Below the pieces are notes generated by a model. It was not told the origin of the DNA, ran no database searches, and saw only the letters and a program-made list of their open reading frames with translations. A DNA stretch of 64,000 bases from Eledone cirrhosa (Eukaryota), in NCBI GenBank assembly GCA_964016885.1, contig OZ024740.1:392956001-393020000 (forward strand). The letters are read 5' to 3'. The stretch's first letter is position 1, and the number at the start of each line of letters is the position of its first letter. The translations under genes and the position numbers were made by a program. This document shows, one piece after another, positions 61,104 to 64,000 of the stretch.

Positions 61104-62150
61104 GTAAGTTCTGTTTTAATTTCCCTTATAGTATATTGTTGTTTAATGTTTCAGGTATTGACTAGCTTGAAGCATATTGTAGAAATGAAATAATAGAGAT
61201 CAAGAAAATCCATTTAGTCTAATAAAATTACAATAATCTTTTCATGAACCTCATAAGTTCATAGGACTGGCACTTTGTTGAGCTTTTGTAGCACTAAAGA
61301 TATAATCTTCCCCTTTTCCTGAATATGAGGTTAATAATTTAAGTAATCATCCATCAACACCATTATAACCACCCATAATCAACATAAGCATGCTCTTCAA
61401 CACCACTATACATATTATCCCTTCAATGTAGCCACACTTCATCAAAATAGCCTCACATCATCAACATCGCCACCTTTTATCAGCATAACCACACATCATC
61501 AACACAGCCACCACAGCCACACATCAGTATCCCATATTATCAACATAGCCACACATCAATATAAACCATCCTTCATATCGTGTGTGTGGGTGTGTTTCTT
61601 TCATGTTTGAAAAAAAACAAAAAAAAAACTCGCTTATTAAATTTTGCTAATCTATCTCTGGCGAAATTTTATTGTAAGTGATTCATATTAAAACAGCAGC
61701 TGGAGAATCTAATTATAATTTTATTTTACATTAAAAAAAGCATTATATATGACAAAAAAAGAACTTTACAAGAAATCTCATATTTACAAATGTACACTAT
61801 ACAATTATTGATTCTGCCCCCCCCCCCCCCATTATTTGGGACCTGAGTGTAAGTAACTTTGGCACTGGGTATCCATAGAAAGCTGTAAAATAAGTACCAG
61901 ACAGAAGTGCTTGGGGTCGATATAATCAACTAAAAAGAAAAAAAAAAATAATGCCTCACCATGGCCATCGTCAAATGACAGAGAAAAAAAGAATAAATTA
62001 CTCCAGTTTTTATAATGACATCTGGAAAAGTTTGAAATGTCAACCATGTTCAGCTATACTTATTATCACGAAATATTCACCTGCTAACAATAAAAATGCA
62101 CATTGCCTCCACCACTTCCACTGCTATATTCTATCATTTGTTTTCTATAG

Positions 62151-62255
62151 TATATACAAATACCAGGATTAATGCTCCCAGGAAAAACTGCTTTTAAGAA
62201 TATCAACAAAGAATTTCTTGAAAAACGGCGGCGTGGTTTAAATACTTATTTACAG
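62151..62255 (+). CDS. SNX13: SNX13 exon (PX): YIQIPGLMLPGKTAFKNINKEFLEKRRRGLNTYLQ
   Basis: ctatag acceptor; CAG|gtaatt donor; LPGK...FLEKRR..L..YLQ; phase 0 to 0. Confidence 0.95.
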
Positions 62256-62567
62256 GTAATTAAATGATTTCATTTATTTATTTTGGAATAGAATTTAGTT
62301 GTTGGAATGTACAAGTCTTTGATATTTGGTACTCTATGTAAACTGCAAGCTCTAATTTAACTTCACACAATTTTTGAGTTGTTTGGCAAAAGCTCAGAAT
62401 GTTACCTTGGAAATATTTCTAAGTTCTTTAATGATGAATGAAAAAGATGAAAGAAGCACAAGAGAGTGTTGGGTCTCAGTATAGAAATATAATGGAATAG
62501 ATATTTAATTTTACTCTCTGATCCTTCTTTAATATTTTTTCGTCAACAAGGAGTGTTTTATCCAAAA

Positions 62568-62751
62568 TGTGTAGGCGCCACAGAAAGAAGCACCCAGCAC
62601 TCACTGTAAATGCGGTTGGTGTTAGGAAGGGCATCCAGCTGTAGAAATCAAGCCAAAATCAGTTCCTGTATGAGCAAGGCATGGTCAGCCAACCAGACAC
62701 CGTCTAACCCATGCTAGCGTGGAAGAACGGACGTAAAACGGTGATGATGAT
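62568..62751 (+). mobile_element. Short 3'-UTR-only insertion of the young RTE family
   Basis: Near-identical to the copy A/C 3' UTR, ending gtaaaacggtgatgatgat. Confidence 0.88.
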
Positions 62752-63410
62752 AAGGTACTATTAAATATACATGAGGTAATATGCGACCTCCTCCTTTCTG
62801 ATAAGGGTTACTTTGATATTTATAGCTCCATTTACATTGTAGTGATTTCTTAACATGAAGTCATTTCATCTATCTATCTATCTATATATATCATTTCAAC
62901 AAGTAGAGGAAAAAACTGGACGCCCATGAAACTAACCAGTTTCAAACAGTTGCAGTGGAGATGTCTCAATGATTAAGCTGTGAAGTTGCAGTGAAAAATT
63001 TGGACGCCATGAAATAAATAGAAATTAATATAGCAGTTTTTGTATATGTGTGTTTCTTCTTTATAGCCAGATCAGTGGAGACGGTTGCTTCTGACAGGAC
63101 CTGCTGGAAGGAGTGTTTGAGGACTCTACCCCCATGACCCCCTCAGGAATAAGTGGGTGAAGAAGTGTTCTTAAATGGCAGAAATGGCTGTCCCATGATG
63201 ATAATTTTTTAGGATATTTGATATAAAACTATCGGAAAGATATGTACATTGGTGATGATTTAAGGAAGCAAATGCAATGATTTCATGGGAAGTTGTGAAG
63301 ATTGGAATTAAATCATTGACTTCAAAAGAACAAGTCGGTGTATTTGTTTTTGTTTTTTTTAATATTGATTTCTTTGTGTGTAATTTTGTTAGGCATTATT
63401 TATTTTGTAG

Positions 63411-63521
63411 TTCCTCATGAATGTTGAGCTGTGGCAGTCATATCCAGGATTGGAGGATTTGTTAAATCAGTTTTTAGCACCTGGTCTTTGGGAAAAGCAC
63501 AAAAGTGAGCTGGCTCGTAAG
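63411..63521 (+). CDS. SNX13: SNX13 exon (PX end): FLMNVELWQSYPGLEDLLNQFLAPGLWEKHKSELARK
   Basis: ttgtag acceptor; AAG|gttaga donor; ends in ARK like vertebrate SNX13; phase 0 to 0. Confidence 0.9.
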
Positions 63522-64000
63522 GTTAGATATCTTAATGTTTTTTTTTGTTTTATTTTACCCACTCAGATGGAGAAGGGAATATTCAAATGTTACCAATTAT
63601 GCAGTCAACATGTAAAACCTAGTTAGTTACTCTTTCATTCTAAGTACTATTGTTACTTAGAATAATAGTTTCTCCTATAAAAATACCTATTGTTTCTTAT
63701 GTTTCATTGGCAGTTCATTTCAAAATTAAACTGAACTGCAAATATTTTTACTAATGATAAATATGCATAAAAAGCTTTGTGCATACATAATGATATGTAA
63801 TTTAATATTGTGTGTACTAACATAAGTGGTTGGCATGCAAATAATAACAACATAGGATAAAATGAACTTCAGTCATTTCAAGGACCTATTTAATGCTGGT
63901 GCTATGGTAAAATGCATACACTCAGCAAAGCGTTTGTTGTTAGCAAGGGCAACCAGCGATAGAAACCATGCTAAAAAGGGCAGAGTGGACTTTTTGTTGC

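Overview
AT-rich, repeat-dense eukaryotic (animal) genomic DNA. The SINE, LINE and microsatellite content suggests a cephalopod such as Octopus (inference). The whole window lies inside one + strand gene, sorting nexin 13 (SNX13/RGS-PX1). Fifteen GT-AG exons were traced by hand through the PXA, RGS and PX domains. One phase gap between 33536 and 55452 requires at least one further exon, and both gene ends lie outside the window. The introns hold three young RTE-clade LINEs, one with an intact 1039-aa APE-RT ORF; all three carry a C4HC3 PHD finger inserted inside the RT region. The two copies that retain their 5' ends have a short upstream frame ending in an ATGA stop/start overlap. Also present are a Penelope-like element with a GIY-YIG fragment, inverted pLTRs and hammerhead-ribozyme motifs, and further hammerhead-bearing fold-back repeats. 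Other repeats include an R4/Dong-like RLE fragment split by later insertions, CR1 and old RTE/hAT relics, tRNA-CORE and Nin/Deu-domain SINEs, piggyBac-type MITEs and long microsatellites. No prokaryotic features or CRISPR arrays were found.
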